Source of the DNA: Cyanobacteria bacterium J06623_4
Lineage (GTDB): Bacteria > Cyanobacteriota > Cyanobacteriia > Phormidesmidales > Phormidesmidaceae
Direction of reading: 5' to 3'
DNA: 64,000 nucleotides
NCBI GenBank assembly: GCA_038524545.1
Contig: JBCBIK010000001.1
Location: forward strand, 39,001 to 103,000
The notes beneath the pieces were generated by a model. It had not been told where the DNA came from. It saw only the letters and a program-made list of their open reading frames with translations, and did no database searches. Positions 29,398-39,600 of this stretch are shown one piece after another. A program made the translations under genes and the position numbers. Numbering within the stretch: the first letter of the stretch is position 1; each line of letters opens with the position of its first letter.

Positions 29398-30231
29398 ATG
29401 TCGCTACCTGCTGTTCTGCAAAAGTCCGATGAGATGCCTTTTAGAGGTATTACGCTGCTCTCTGATCGTGAAATCGAGGCGATGCGCCCTGCTTGTCAGC
29501 TTTCTAGTAAGCTGCTGGACTATCTTGAGCCCTTGGTCGTGCCGGGGGTGAGTACGCTCGAGCTAAATGACGCTGCAGAAGCTTGGACCCAGCAGCACGG
29601 TGCGACTAGTGCGCCCTTAGGCTATCCTGGTGCCCCCGGTGCCATCGACTTCCCAAAGTCGATTTGTACCAGCATCAATGAAGTGGTTTGTCATGGCATT
29701 CCCAGCAAAAATGACATTCTTCAGTCAGGAGACATTATCAATATAGACGTGACGCCGCTGCTCAATAGCTATCACGGCGATAGCTCTCGGACGTTTATGG
29801 TAGGGGACGTCTCGCCGACGGCGCGAAAACTTGTAGAGGTCACGCAAAAGTCTCTCTGGGTTGGCATTGAGGCGGTCAAAGTCGGTGGGCGCATTGGCGA
29901 TATTGGCGCGGCTATCCAGGCCTACGCCGAGTCGGAAGGCTTTTCTGTTGTGCGCGATTTTGTCGGTCATGGTGTGCATCGCACCTTTCACGCTGAGCCT
30001 CAAGTGCCGCACTATGGTGTGCCAGGCAAAGGAAAAAAGATTCGCCCTGGTATGGTCTTCACGATTGAACCGATGCTCAATGAGGGCACTCATGAGGTGC
30101 AGCTGCTAGAGGATAAGTGGACAGCGGTCACAGCCGACCGGAAGCTCTCTGCTCAGTTTGAGCACACCTTGGCGGTGACAAAATCTGGCGTAGAGGTGCT
30201 GACCTACCTACCTGCAGCGGTGGCCGCTTAG
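29398..30231 (+). CDS. map: Type I methionine aminopeptidase
   Basis: VCHGIP, INIDVT, FVGHGV and FTIEP metal-ligand motifs. Confidence 0.93.
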   Translation: MSLPAVLQKSDEMPFRGITLLSDREIEAMRPACQLSSKLLDYLEPLVVPGVSTLELNDAAEAWTQQHGATSAPLGYPGAPGAIDFPKSICTSINEVVCHGIPSKNDILQSGDIINIDVTPLLNSYHGDSSRTFMVGDVSPTARKLVEVTQKSLWVGIEAVKVGGRIGDIGAAIQAYAESEGFSVVRDFVGHGVHRTFHAEPQVPHYGVPGKGKKIRPGMVFTIEPMLNEGTHEVQLLEDKWTAVTADRKLSAQFEHTLAVTKSGVEVLTYLPAAVAA

Positions 30232-30746
30232 TCTTCGTCTGCGCCGAAGTAGTCGGTCTTGACCATCGCGAGCACAAGCATATCCTCGTAGCCATTAGCG
30301 GTTTTGAAGGCTTCTCGCAGTGTGCCTTCTACCACAAACCCCTCGCTCAAATACAGCATGAGGGCGCGCTCGTTGCTCACTACCACATCTAGCCAGAGGC
30401 GATGGTAGCGCATTCGCTCAAAGGTTTGGACCTTCAGCCAGCGAAGGGTTTGTCTGCCATAGCCTGCGCCCTTCGGCAAGATGACAATTCGCCTCAGCAG
30501 GAGAGATTTGTGAGGGTTTTCCATTCCCTCTAGGACCACGTAGCCCACCGCTTTACCAGCTTGCTCCACAATGAAGTGAGCTTCGTCCTCAGAGACGATG
30601 GCTGCTTCGTGCTGAGCTTGCCGCCATTGATTGATATATGTCGCATTTTCGGGATGCTGCTCTGCAGCCATCACGAAGCTCAAATCCAACAAACGCGTCG
30701 GACGCAATTCAATATTTCGCGGTTCAATCTTCAAAGGCTCTATCAA
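30228..30746 (-). CDS. GNAT family N-acetyltransferase
   Basis: RRIVILPKGAGYGRQTLRWL matches the acetyl-CoA binding R/Q-x-x-G-x-G/A motif. 172 aa. Confidence 0.8.
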   Translation of the reverse strand: MIEPLKIEPRNIELRPTRLLDLSFVMAAEQHPENATYINQWRQAQHEAAIVSEDEAHFIVEQAGKAVGYVVLEGMENPHKSLLLRRIVILPKGAGYGRQTLRWLKVQTFERMRYHRLWLDVVVSNERALMLYLSEGFVVEGTLREAFKTANGYEDMLVLAMVKTDYFGADED

Positions 30747-31548
30747 AATCTTTAATCAGCGAAATTACTAAGGGGCATCTTTCCTAAACAGTCGGGTGAA
30801 AAAAGAGAGCCTACCGTATAGAGGAATACATTTTATACGGCTGAATGTCCGTCATTTTGACAGACGCTCAATCCGTCAACGGAGGCGGGCGCATTTATGA
30901 GCATCGGGCAGAATCGAGGAGTTGGTACTATGGCGTAGGCCACTTTGGCGCCAGTTACTTCTGATTTCGGCGTTGCGCCCTGTAGGGACCTTGCGATCGC
31001 TCGCTGTATTGGCTGGCGATCACGCAGGGTTATCTCACACTGGCTGTAGGTAGTCATTCACTGCATAAAAGCGTAATCACTAACGTTTTCAGCAAAGGTA
31101 CGTTGACCCATAACTATATTGGGTATAAATTTTTACTATAAAAAATTATCCGAATCAGCGTGCCATCTGACTGCTAGCCATCTGGCTCAACTGAATAAAT
31201 CGTCCAAAATCGCTGGGTATTGCCTATGAAGCGCTTCTTGGGCTTGCTTTGTGTGCATGCTTTCAGCCATGAGAGGTCATGCCTGTGAAAGTGGCCTAGG
31301 TATGTGCGCTCAGCCCGCAATACTCTTCACATAGTTCCTATGGTCTACGATATCCATTCGTCGTCACTGCAATCGCTTTTTCCGCATCTTTTTTCTCTGC
31401 GACCTGTTTCTCCGCGTGTTCTCTGCCAGCGTCCTAACCGCTGGTTTCAGGGCGAGTACCTTCATCCTCTAGCGTCCGAAGTGCGGACCGGAACCGTGCG
31501 TCTTTTGAGGGATTTCCCGCTGCGTTTTGCCCTTTTCAGTAGTGGGAA

Positions 31549-32343
31549 ATGACCATGCGCCTGAATGAAAAGGTGGCGCTGGTGACCAGCAGCCGTCAGG
31601 GTATCTGTGCGGATACCGCCAAGCAGCTGGCCGGTGCAGGTGCGAGAGTAATGATCTGCGGCCGCAATGCCGCGCAGGGACGAGACACCGTCGCTCAGAT
31701 TCAGCAGCAGGGCGGACGGGCAAGCTTTATTTTGACCGATGTTGCGATCGCTGCCGATGTGCAGGCCGCCATTGATGAGACCATTGCCACTTATGGCCGA
31801 TTAGACATCCTTTTTAATAGTGTTAGTGGCCCCTACCCCCTAGACGGTCCCCTGCTTGATGTCTCAGAAACCACCTGGGATAGAATCACTGAAACGACGC
31901 TAAAAGGGACGTTTCTCTGCTGTCAGTACGCCATGCCCTTCCTGCAAAATGCCGGACAGCCAGACAGCAACAGCACTATCATCAACCTAATAGAACAGAG
32001 CGAATCTGCCCGAAATCGTTCTGTGACCGAAATCTGCCAGGGTGGCATTTTAGCCATGACCCAAGAGATTGCCCAGCAGTTTTCTGAGGGCAACGTTTCT
32101 GCCAACCTGATTTGGTCGGGCCAAGCGCCGCAGCGGCTGAATCGAAACATTCTCAGCTTGCTGACCGATCAGGTCCTCTATGGCCCCGCGAGACCGGACG
32201 ACTCAGACCTGGCTGATAGCCCACAGCGTGCAGCGGTCCCCTTTGCAGATATGGCAGAAGCCATCATGTATTTGGCCACAGAGGGCCACGACCTCCACGG
32301 CTGCATGCTCGTCGTTGATTCATCGGCCAGCTGGGGCCAGTAA
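31549..32343 (+). CDS. SDR-fold protein with degenerate cofactor and catalytic motifs
   Basis: The SDR fold is recognisable (KVALVTSSRQGIC, GRLDILFNSVSG, NVSANLIWSG, MLVVDSS). In my hand alignment the Ser-Tyr-Lys triad positions read E/T/Q. Confidence 0.75.
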   Translation: MTMRLNEKVALVTSSRQGICADTAKQLAGAGARVMICGRNAAQGRDTVAQIQQQGGRASFILTDVAIAADVQAAIDETIATYGRLDILFNSVSGPYPLDGPLLDVSETTWDRITETTLKGTFLCCQYAMPFLQNAGQPDSNSTIINLIEQSESARNRSVTEICQGGILAMTQEIAQQFSEGNVSANLIWSGQAPQRLNRNILSLLTDQVLYGPARPDDSDLADSPQRAAVPFADMAEAIMYLATEGHDLHGCMLVVDSSASWGQ

Positions 32344-32374
32344 GCGTCGGCTAGTGAGGGTCGGTAGGCGAGAC

Positions 32375-32962
32375 CTATCTGTCGCCGTCCTCTTCTAAAA
32401 GCTCATATTCGCCGTCCCATACCGCAGTCAGTAGCGCTAGGCCGTGGCGGGTGAGCGTTACTTCCTCTCCCTCGACTTCAATGTCAGCGGCGTTGCCCCC
32501 GGCCGCATCAATCAGGTCTGCCATCCACAGATAGCAGGGCACAGCAGGCTGTCGCAACAGCTTCTCTAGGCGAGCCTGACGGGCTAACGGCAGCCGACGC
32601 TGCAACAAGGTGTAAAGGGAAACTTGGGTGCGTGCCTCCACGCCGCCGAGCACCTGCTGCAGATACCAGGCCGTCTCAGCAGGGGGCAAGGCTTCCATAC
32701 GCTGCTCAATGCGGGTCAGGATGCGATCTACAAAGTCGACGCCCAGATAGCTATTGAGATATTCAGCCGGGAGGGCCGGGTCTATTTCTACCCGCTCGCA
32801 AATGCTGGCCCAGTCTACTTCGGGGTAGGCCGATTTGAGCTTTTCGAAGGCTTGGTCACTGATTTGGGCCGATTCTGTCTGCAAATCGTAGGAGAAATCT
32901 TCTCCGGGTTTGGCCCCTGCCTCTACCAACATTCGGAATAATCGAATCGCATCGTCTGCCAT
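32375..32962 (-). CDS. Hypothetical protein
   Basis: 195-aa acidic ORF with a GGAGG-like RBS just upstream. No motif recognised. Confidence 0.5.
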   Translation of the reverse strand: MADDAIRLFRMLVEAGAKPGEDFSYDLQTESAQISDQAFEKLKSAYPEVDWASICERVEIDPALPAEYLNSYLGVDFVDRILTRIEQRMEALPPAETAWYLQQVLGGVEARTQVSLYTLLQRRLPLARQARLEKLLRQPAVPCYLWMADLIDAAGGNAADIEVEGEEVTLTRHGLALLTAVWDGEYELLEEDGDR

Positions 32963-33058
32963 TCGCGCTTGCCTCCTACAATCTGTAGCTTGGGCGATCT
33001 GTCGCTTGGGTCGCCGTCGCGACTTGGTTTTTTGTCGTTCGCGGTCTTCGCTAGGGCT

Positions 33059-34000
33059 CTATCCGGCCTGCTGCTTTGCCTCCCGATACGCGGCATGGAC
33101 CGCATTTACGTTGTACCAGTTTAAAAAGACTCGGCTGAGCTCTTGGGAGAGCTGTGGGTAGCCGCGATCTATCAGCCAGCGTAGCGCTGGCCCTAGGGTG
33201 CGCTCATTGAGCAGGCCGCCCAGCGAGAGGGTGCCCCACAGCAGGCGGTGCAGCCAGGTCATTTGAATCATCAGTCTGACATCGAGGGTGGGGTGCTTTT
33301 GGTAAAACACGACACCCATGCGGGCCCGCTGGATTTCTTTGTCAATCAGGTCGGGCAGCTCATCGACTGAGAAAGCGGGGTGCCAGTGATAGCCCACGGC
33401 CTCGGGAGACTTGATTAGGGATAGGCCGTTGTTTTTGAGGCGGACGCCTAGCTCGAGGTCTTCCCAGCCATACTGGGTAAACTGCGCGTCGAACAAACCG
33501 GCTTCGAGCAGCCACTTTTTGGCGATCGCAACATTTCCGGTCGCAAAAAAGGCCCGCGAATAGTCGGTCACCTTGAAGGGCTCCGAGGTGGGTTCATCAA
33601 AGTTGCAGGTATTGACCACTCGCCCGTAGGTAAAGACGCGCTCATTGCCTTGTTTGTAGGCCTTTGCTAGGGCATCGGCGTGGTACTGCAAGAAGCTACC
33701 GAGCACCACTAGGTCGCTATCGATGAAGATGATGGTGTCGCCCTTGGCCTGCTGCACGCCGAAGTTGCGAGCGATCGCTGCCCCTTCATGGTTTTGCTCG
33801 TAGAGCACCACATGGGGAAAGTCGTCCGCGCTGCTTTTGATCCATTCCACCGTGCCGTCGGTTGAGCCATCGTCGACCAGGACGATTTCGTAGCCTTCTA
33901 CAGGTCCATCCGGGCGTAGCACCTGGTTTTCCATAGCTCGCAGGCACTTTTCTAAAATGGGCTTGCGGTTGTAAGTCGGAATGACAACGCTGAAAAACAT
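33059..34000 (-). CDS. Glycosyltransferase family 2
   Basis: FSVVIPTYNR, VDDGSTDGT and IFIDSD (DxD) motifs. Confidence 0.88.
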   Translation of the reverse strand: MFFSVVIPTYNRKPILEKCLRAMENQVLRPDGPVEGYEIVLVDDGSTDGTVEWIKSSADDFPHVVLYEQNHEGAAIARNFGVQQAKGDTIIFIDSDLVVLGSFLQYHADALAKAYKQGNERVFTYGRVVNTCNFDEPTSEPFKVTDYSRAFFATGNVAIAKKWLLEAGLFDAQFTQYGWEDLELGVRLKNNGLSLIKSPEAVGYHWHPAFSVDELPDLIDKEIQRARMGVVFYQKHPTLDVRLMIQMTWLHRLLWGTLSLGGLLNERTLGPALRWLIDRGYPQLSQELSRVFLNWYNVNAVHAAYREAKQQAG

Positions 34001-34174
34001 AGGCTCAAGGGCTAAGGCACTCTAGTGGGCGTCTACTGTCCATACTATTTTATTTTTTGGCCTCCTATTTTTTGGCTCCCTCGTTTTCCCGCGCCGTTAG
34101 CAGTGAACTTCTTTGAAAACGCCCCGACTGCCATAATATGGACCTGATCACTTCACATACGGACAAAATCAGAT

Positions 34175-35374
34175 ATGGGCCGCGCAGATAAAGTTGTTTT
34201 GGCATATTCGGGGGGCGTAGATACGACAGTCTGCATTCCTTACCTCAAAGAAGAATTTGGCGTTAAAGAAGTCATTACGCTCGCCGCCGACCTCGGACAG
34301 GGCGATGAGCTAGAGCCCATTCGTAAAAAGGCCCTCGACTGCGGCGCAGCCGAATCTGTCGTGACCGACGTCACAGAATCGTTCATCGCCGACTACGCCT
34401 TTCCGGCTATTCAGGCCAATGCTCTCTACGAAAATCGCTATCCGCTTTCTACGGCGCTGGCCCGACCGCTGATTGCCAAGCTGCTGGTGGAAACTGCTGA
34501 AAAATATGGTGCCGATGCCGTTGCCCACGGCTGCACAGGCAAGGGGAATGACCAGGTGCGATTTGATGTTGCGATCGCTGCCCTCAATCCCAACCTAAAA
34601 GTGCTCGCACCTGCCCGTGAGTGGGGCATGAGCCGCGAAGAGGCCATGGCCTACGGTGAAAAGTTTGGCCTTACCTTCCCGGTCAAAAAATCTTCTCCCT
34701 ACAGCATTGACCGCAACTTGCTAGGTCGCTCCATCGAAGCTGGCCCCCTAGAAGATCCTTGGAATGAGCCCACTGAAGAAGTCTTTGTGATGACCCGGGC
34801 GATCGCAGACACCCCAGACGAACCAGAATACGTAGAAATCGGCTTTGAGAAAGGCTTGCCCACCAGCCTCAATGGAAACGCCCTAGCCCCCATAGAACTC
34901 ATTACCCAGCTCAACACCCTCGCGGGCAACCACGGCATTGGCCGCATCGACATGATCGAGAACCGGCTGGTTGGCATCAAGTCTCGGGAGATTTACGAAG
35001 CGCCCGCGCTGCTTGTATTGATCGCTGCGCACCGAGATCTCGAAAGCCTCACCCTCACCGGCGATATCACCCAGTACAAGCGCAACATTGAGCAGTCCTA
35101 CAGCCAAATGATTTACAACGGGCTCTGGTATAGCCCGCTCAAAGCTGCCCTTGATGCCTTTATCAGTCAGACTCAGGAGCGGGTTTCGGGCACCGTTCGC
35201 GTCAAGCTGTTTAAGGGGAATGCCGTCCTCGCGGGGCGCAAATCAGCCAATGCCCTATATTCTGAGGAGCTGGCCACCTACAGTGCCGACGACCAGTTCG
35301 ACCATAAGGCCGCTGAGGGCTTTATCTATGTTTGGGGACTACCCACGAGAGTGTGGTCACAAAAGACCCGTTAA
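34175..35374 (+). CDS. argG: Argininosuccinate synthase
   Basis: [27 protein letters not shown] and SIDRNL motifs. 399 aa. Confidence 0.95.
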   Translation: MGRADKVVLAYSGGVDTTVCIPYLKEEFGVKEVITLAADLGQGDELEPIRKKALDCGAAESVVTDVTESFIADYAFPAIQANALYENRYPLSTALARPLIAKLLVETAEKYGADAVAHGCTGKGNDQVRFDVAIAALNPNLKVLAPAREWGMSREEAMAYGEKFGLTFPVKKSSPYSIDRNLLGRSIEAGPLEDPWNEPTEEVFVMTRAIADTPDEPEYVEIGFEKGLPTSLNGNALAPIELITQLNTLAGNHGIGRIDMIENRLVGIKSREIYEAPALLVLIAAHRDLESLTLTGDITQYKRNIEQSYSQMIYNGLWYSPLKAALDAFISQTQERVSGTVRVKLFKGNAVLAGRKSANALYSEELATYSADDQFDHKAAEGFIYVWGLPTRVWSQKTR

Positions 35375-35426
35375 GGAAAGCGAAGAGAACGCGATACAGA
35401 GAAGTCAACACCGAGAAGCCAACAAC

Positions 35427-36185
35427 ATGGTCCAAACAACCCCTGCCCCTACCTTCTCCAAACCGCAGCCCGCACCCACGCTGCAAATCTCTGGCCTCAA
35501 CGTTTACTACGGCGAGAGCCATATTCTGCGCGATGTAGATATGACGATTCCACAGGGCAAGATGGTCTGCCTCATAGGTCGGAACGGGGTCGGTAAAACG
35601 ACCTTACTCAAAACCATCATGGGGTTGCTCACTCCTCGTAGCGGACACATTGATTATCAGGGGCGATCGCTACTGCCGCTGCCCACCAACCGCCGGGCCA
35701 AGCTAGGTATCGGCTATGTGCCCCAGGGCCGAGAGATCATCCCTCGGCTTACCGTCAAAGAAAATCTCCTGATTGGCCTAGAAGCCAATCCTCAAAAAAA
35801 GGGCAACCCGCTCAACTCGGCGATCCCAGAAGATGTTTTGCAGCTTTTTCCGGTGCTGAAGCAGATGCTGTCTCGCATGGGTGGTGACCTGAGTGGCGGT
35901 CAGCAGCAGCAGCTTGCGATCGCCCGCGCCCTAATGGGGCGCCCTCAGCTGCTCGTGCTCGATGAACCCACCGAAGGCATCCAGCCATCGATTATTCTCG
36001 ACATTGAAAACGCCGTTCGCCAAATCGTGGAGACCAGCGGTGTCTCTGTGTTGCTCGTAGAGCAGCACCTGCACTTTGCGCAGCAGGCAGACTATTACTA
36101 CGCCATGCAGAAAGGCGGCATTGTCGACTCGGGAGAAGCCAGCCAGCTCAGCAGTGACGTCATCCAACGCTTCTTGGCAGTTTGA
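35427..36185 (+). CDS. ABC transporter ATP-binding protein, LivF/NatE/UrtE family
   Basis: Walker A GRNGVGKTT, signature LSGGQQQQ and Walker B LLVLDEP. The ATG at 35427 is used because the track start 35151 overlaps argG. Confidence 0.88.
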   Translation: MVQTTPAPTFSKPQPAPTLQISGLNVYYGESHILRDVDMTIPQGKMVCLIGRNGVGKTTLLKTIMGLLTPRSGHIDYQGRSLLPLPTNRRAKLGIGYVPQGREIIPRLTVKENLLIGLEANPQKKGNPLNSAIPEDVLQLFPVLKQMLSRMGGDLSGGQQQQLAIARALMGRPQLLVLDEPTEGIQPSIILDIENAVRQIVETSGVSVLLVEQHLHFAQQADYYYAMQKGGIVDSGEASQLSSDVIQRFLAV

Positions 36186-36642
36186 CCGAGCTACGAGTTG
36201 GTAAGTACCGACTTGGCGCCTAGTCCGAATCAACTCAGCCAGCACTCCACAACAGAAATGTTTCTTACATTTTTGGGGTAGAAATGTTTTTTAACATTTT
36301 CAGTGTATTTGTTACGGCATCTGTTGTTTTTGTTAAGGCAATTATCCGTATCCCCGCTCTTAGTAGACAATAAAAGTCCGATTATCGTTGTAGAACTCGT
36401 GTGCTCTTTTGGAGCGGAGAATGCAATGGTATAGCTGATACGGGCGCTTTTCCACATCATTATTCTCTAATGAGTGGATTTTCTATTTTCTACCGCTCGG
36501 TCCCCACGTTTTGTATCTTGCGTGGCTGAAAAAGATGGGTTGTTCTTGCTTTGGTAAGCTCAACTGCTCTGGGCTCATTTAATTCGAGCTCATCTGCTCC
36601 AAGGCATTCTATTTTCCAGTATTCCTTTCTCGGTCTTTTGCG

Positions 36643-39600
36643 ATGGCTCCCTCCGACCAAACTGTGAACAGTCCCCAAACTCAACTGTCTGCGCCCACTC
36701 GGCAAGGCCTTTACGACCCGCAACATGAACATGACGCCTGTGGCGTTGGCTTCGTGGTGCAAATGAAGGGAAAAGCCTCCCACGATATTGTTCAGCAAGG
36801 TCTTACGATTTTGCTGAATCTGGATCATCGAGGGGCCGTTGGCGCGGAGCCCAATACTGGTGATGGCGCGGGCATTCTAATGCAGATTTCTCACCGCTTT
36901 ATGGCCAAAGTAGCGGCTGCGGAGAGCATTGAGCTGCCGGCAGCGGGTCAGTATGGCGTTGCCATGATTTACGCCAGCCCAGACGCTGAGGCGCGGGAGA
37001 AAGGCCGGGAGGCTTTTGAAAAGGTGGTGGCTGAAGCCGGTTTGGAAGTGCTGGGTTGGCGAGACGTGCCGACAGACAATGCCACGCTGGGGCCTACCGC
37101 GCAGGCTAGTGAGCCTTTTATGCAGCAGGCCTTTATCGGGCGGGGATCCCTGGGTGAAGGGTCCGATGAGCTGGCTCTAGAGCGAAAGTTGTACGTGATT
37201 CGCAAGCTGGCCCACAGAGCGATTCGGGGCGAAAAGATTGACGGCTATTGGTATGTGGCTAGTATTTCCTGCCGCACGATTGTGTATAAGGGCATGTTGA
37301 TGCCTATTCAGGTCGGGCAGTACTACTTGGACCTCAGCGATCCGGATATGGAGAGCGCACTATCGCTGGTGCATTCGCGCTTTAGTACTAATACCTTTCC
37401 GAGCTGGGAGCGATCGCACCCCTATCGCTACATCGCTCACAACGGTGAGATTAACACCCTGCGCGGCAACATCAACTGGATGACCGCTCGCCAGTCGATG
37501 TTCGAATCTGCGCTGTTTGGCGAAGATCTCGAACGGGCGAAGCCGCTGATCAACATCAACGGTAGCGATTCGACGATTTTTGATAACACCTTGGAGCTGC
37601 TGGCTTTGAGTGGGCGATCGCTGCCCCACTCGCTGATGATGATGGTGCCCGAGCCCTGGTCTGGCCATAAGACCATGGACGAGCAGAAAAAAGCTTTTTA
37701 TGAGTACCATGCTTGCTTGATAGAGCCCTGGGATGGCCCGGCTTCTATCGCTTTCACTGACGGCACCCAGATGGGCGCGGTGCTAGATCGCAACGGCCTC
37801 AGACCCGGTCGCTACTACGTCACTAAAGACGACCGCGTGATTATGGCTTCTGAAGCTGGGGTTTTGCCTGTGCCTCCTGAAGACGTGATCGAAAAGGGTC
37901 GCCTAGAGCCTGGCAAAATGTTCTTGGTCGACACGAAGGCCGGAAAGATCGTTTCAGACCAAGAGATAAAGCAACAGATTGCTAGCGAGCAGCCCTACCG
38001 CGATTGGCTGGATCAAAACCTAATTACATTAGATGAGCTGCCCACTAGCCCAGCGGCAGCAGAGTCTAAGCTAGACACTAGCCCCGAAGCCATTACCCGC
38101 AGACAAATGGCGTTTGGCTACACCTTTGAAGAGCTGCGTATGCTGCTCGCGCCCATGGGCAAAAACGGCGTAGAAGCCATTGGCGCGATGGGCACCGATA
38201 CGCCGCTTCCCGTTCTTTCCAATCGCCCGAAGCTGCTTTACAACTATTTTCAGCAGCTGTTTGCCCAGGTGACCAATCCACCTATTGACTCCATTCGAGA
38301 GGCGATTATCACCTCGGCGACCACCACCATCGGCTCAGAGCGAAACCTGCTCGAACCCACTCCCGAAAGCTGCCGGTTGCTACAGCTCAAGACTCCATTT
38401 ATCACGAACGATGAGTTGGCCAAGATTAAGCACAATCAGGCTTTCAAGACAGCTGTGTTGCCCATTTTGTTTGATCCGGATGCGGGTGAAGCTGGGCTGA
38501 GCGGTGCGCTAGAAGCGCTGTGTATGAAGGCTGATGAAGCGATCGCAGCGGGCGACGAGATTTTGATTCTTTCTGATCGGGCGATCGCTCAAAACCGAGC
38601 CCCTATCCCTGCGTTGCTTGCGGTCGCAGGCCTGCATCACCACCTCATTCGCAATGGCACCCGTACCCGTGTTGGCATCGTGCTCGAATCGGGAGAGCCC
38701 AGAGAAGTGCATCACTTCGCCGTTTTGCTGGGCTACGGCTGCGGGGCTATCAATCCCTACATGGCCTTCGAGACATTCCAGCGGATGATCGATGAAAATC
38801 TGCTGCGGGAGGTCTCCTACGCAGAAGCCTGCAAAAACTACATTAAAGCAGCCACTAAAGGCGTGGTAAAAGTCGCCTCGAAGATTGGCATTTCTACCTT
38901 GCAAAGTTACCGAGGCGCGCAGATTTTTGAAGCGATTGGTCTAAACGACACCGTCATTGGCAAGTACTTTACCTGGACGGCTTCTCGCATTCAGGGTGTC
39001 GGCCTAGACGTGCTCGCCCAAGAAGCCATTCAGCGCCATCGCCATGCCTTCCCAGATAGAGTCGAAGCGGGTAGCCACAATGCGGCCACTCTAGATGTGG
39101 GCGGTGAGTATCAGTGGAGAAAAGACGGCGAAGCGCATTTGCTCAGCCCGCAGAGTATTCACCTGCTGCAGCAGGCCACCCGCGATGGCAACTACGACCT
39201 GTTCAAAAAGTATTCTGCGCTCGTCAATGAGCAGGGCAAGCAGTTCTTCCGCCTGCGCGATCTGCTAGAGTTTACGCCGCAGCAGCCGATCCCCATCGAA
39301 GAGGTAGAGCCGATTGAAGCGATTATGAAACGCTTTAAGACGGGGGCGATGAGCTATGGGTCTATTTCTCAGGAGGCCCATGAGACACTGGCGATCGCAA
39401 TGAACCGGATCGGTGGCCGCTCCAATACGGGAGAAGGCGGCGAGGACCCGGCCCGCTACACCTGGACCAACGAACAGGGCGATTCTAAAAACAGCGCCAT
39501 CAAGCAGGTAGCCTCTGGTCGCTTTGGCGTGAGCAGCCTGTACCTGTCCCAGGCCAAAGAAATTCAGATCAAAATGGCGCAGGGGGCAAAGCCTGGAGAA

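Noticed and set aside
30833-31552. ORFs 30833-31057 (minus, 74 aa) and 31304-31552 (plus, 82 aa) in the 800-bp spacer.
   Set aside because: Both have Arg/Ser/Pro/Cys-rich compositions typical of non-coding frames. Neither has a motif or RBS, and the plus ORF runs into the SDR-like start out of frame.
35151-35426. The long N-terminal extension of the ABC ATPase ORF, as given in the ORF track.
   Set aside because: It overlaps the 3' end of argG in another frame and has an Arg/Pro/Ser-rich shadow-frame composition. The ATG at 35427 gives a normal ABC ATPase N-terminus.
36256-36299. Reading the AAATGT palindromes as NtcA (GTA-N8-TAC) or CRP-type (TGTGA-N6-TCACA) sites upstream of gltB.
   Set aside because: The TGT...ACA spacing is 5-7 nt here instead of 10, and it differs between copies. 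I found no exact GTA-N8-TAC in the gltB upstream spacer.
36284-36379. A 31-aa hydrophobic mini-ORF (MFFNIFSVFVTASVVFVKAIIRIPALSRQ) in the gltB upstream spacer.
   Set aside because: It arises from a T-rich spacer, has no convincing RBS and resembles no known small photosystem or cytochrome subunit. It cannot be supported from sequence alone.
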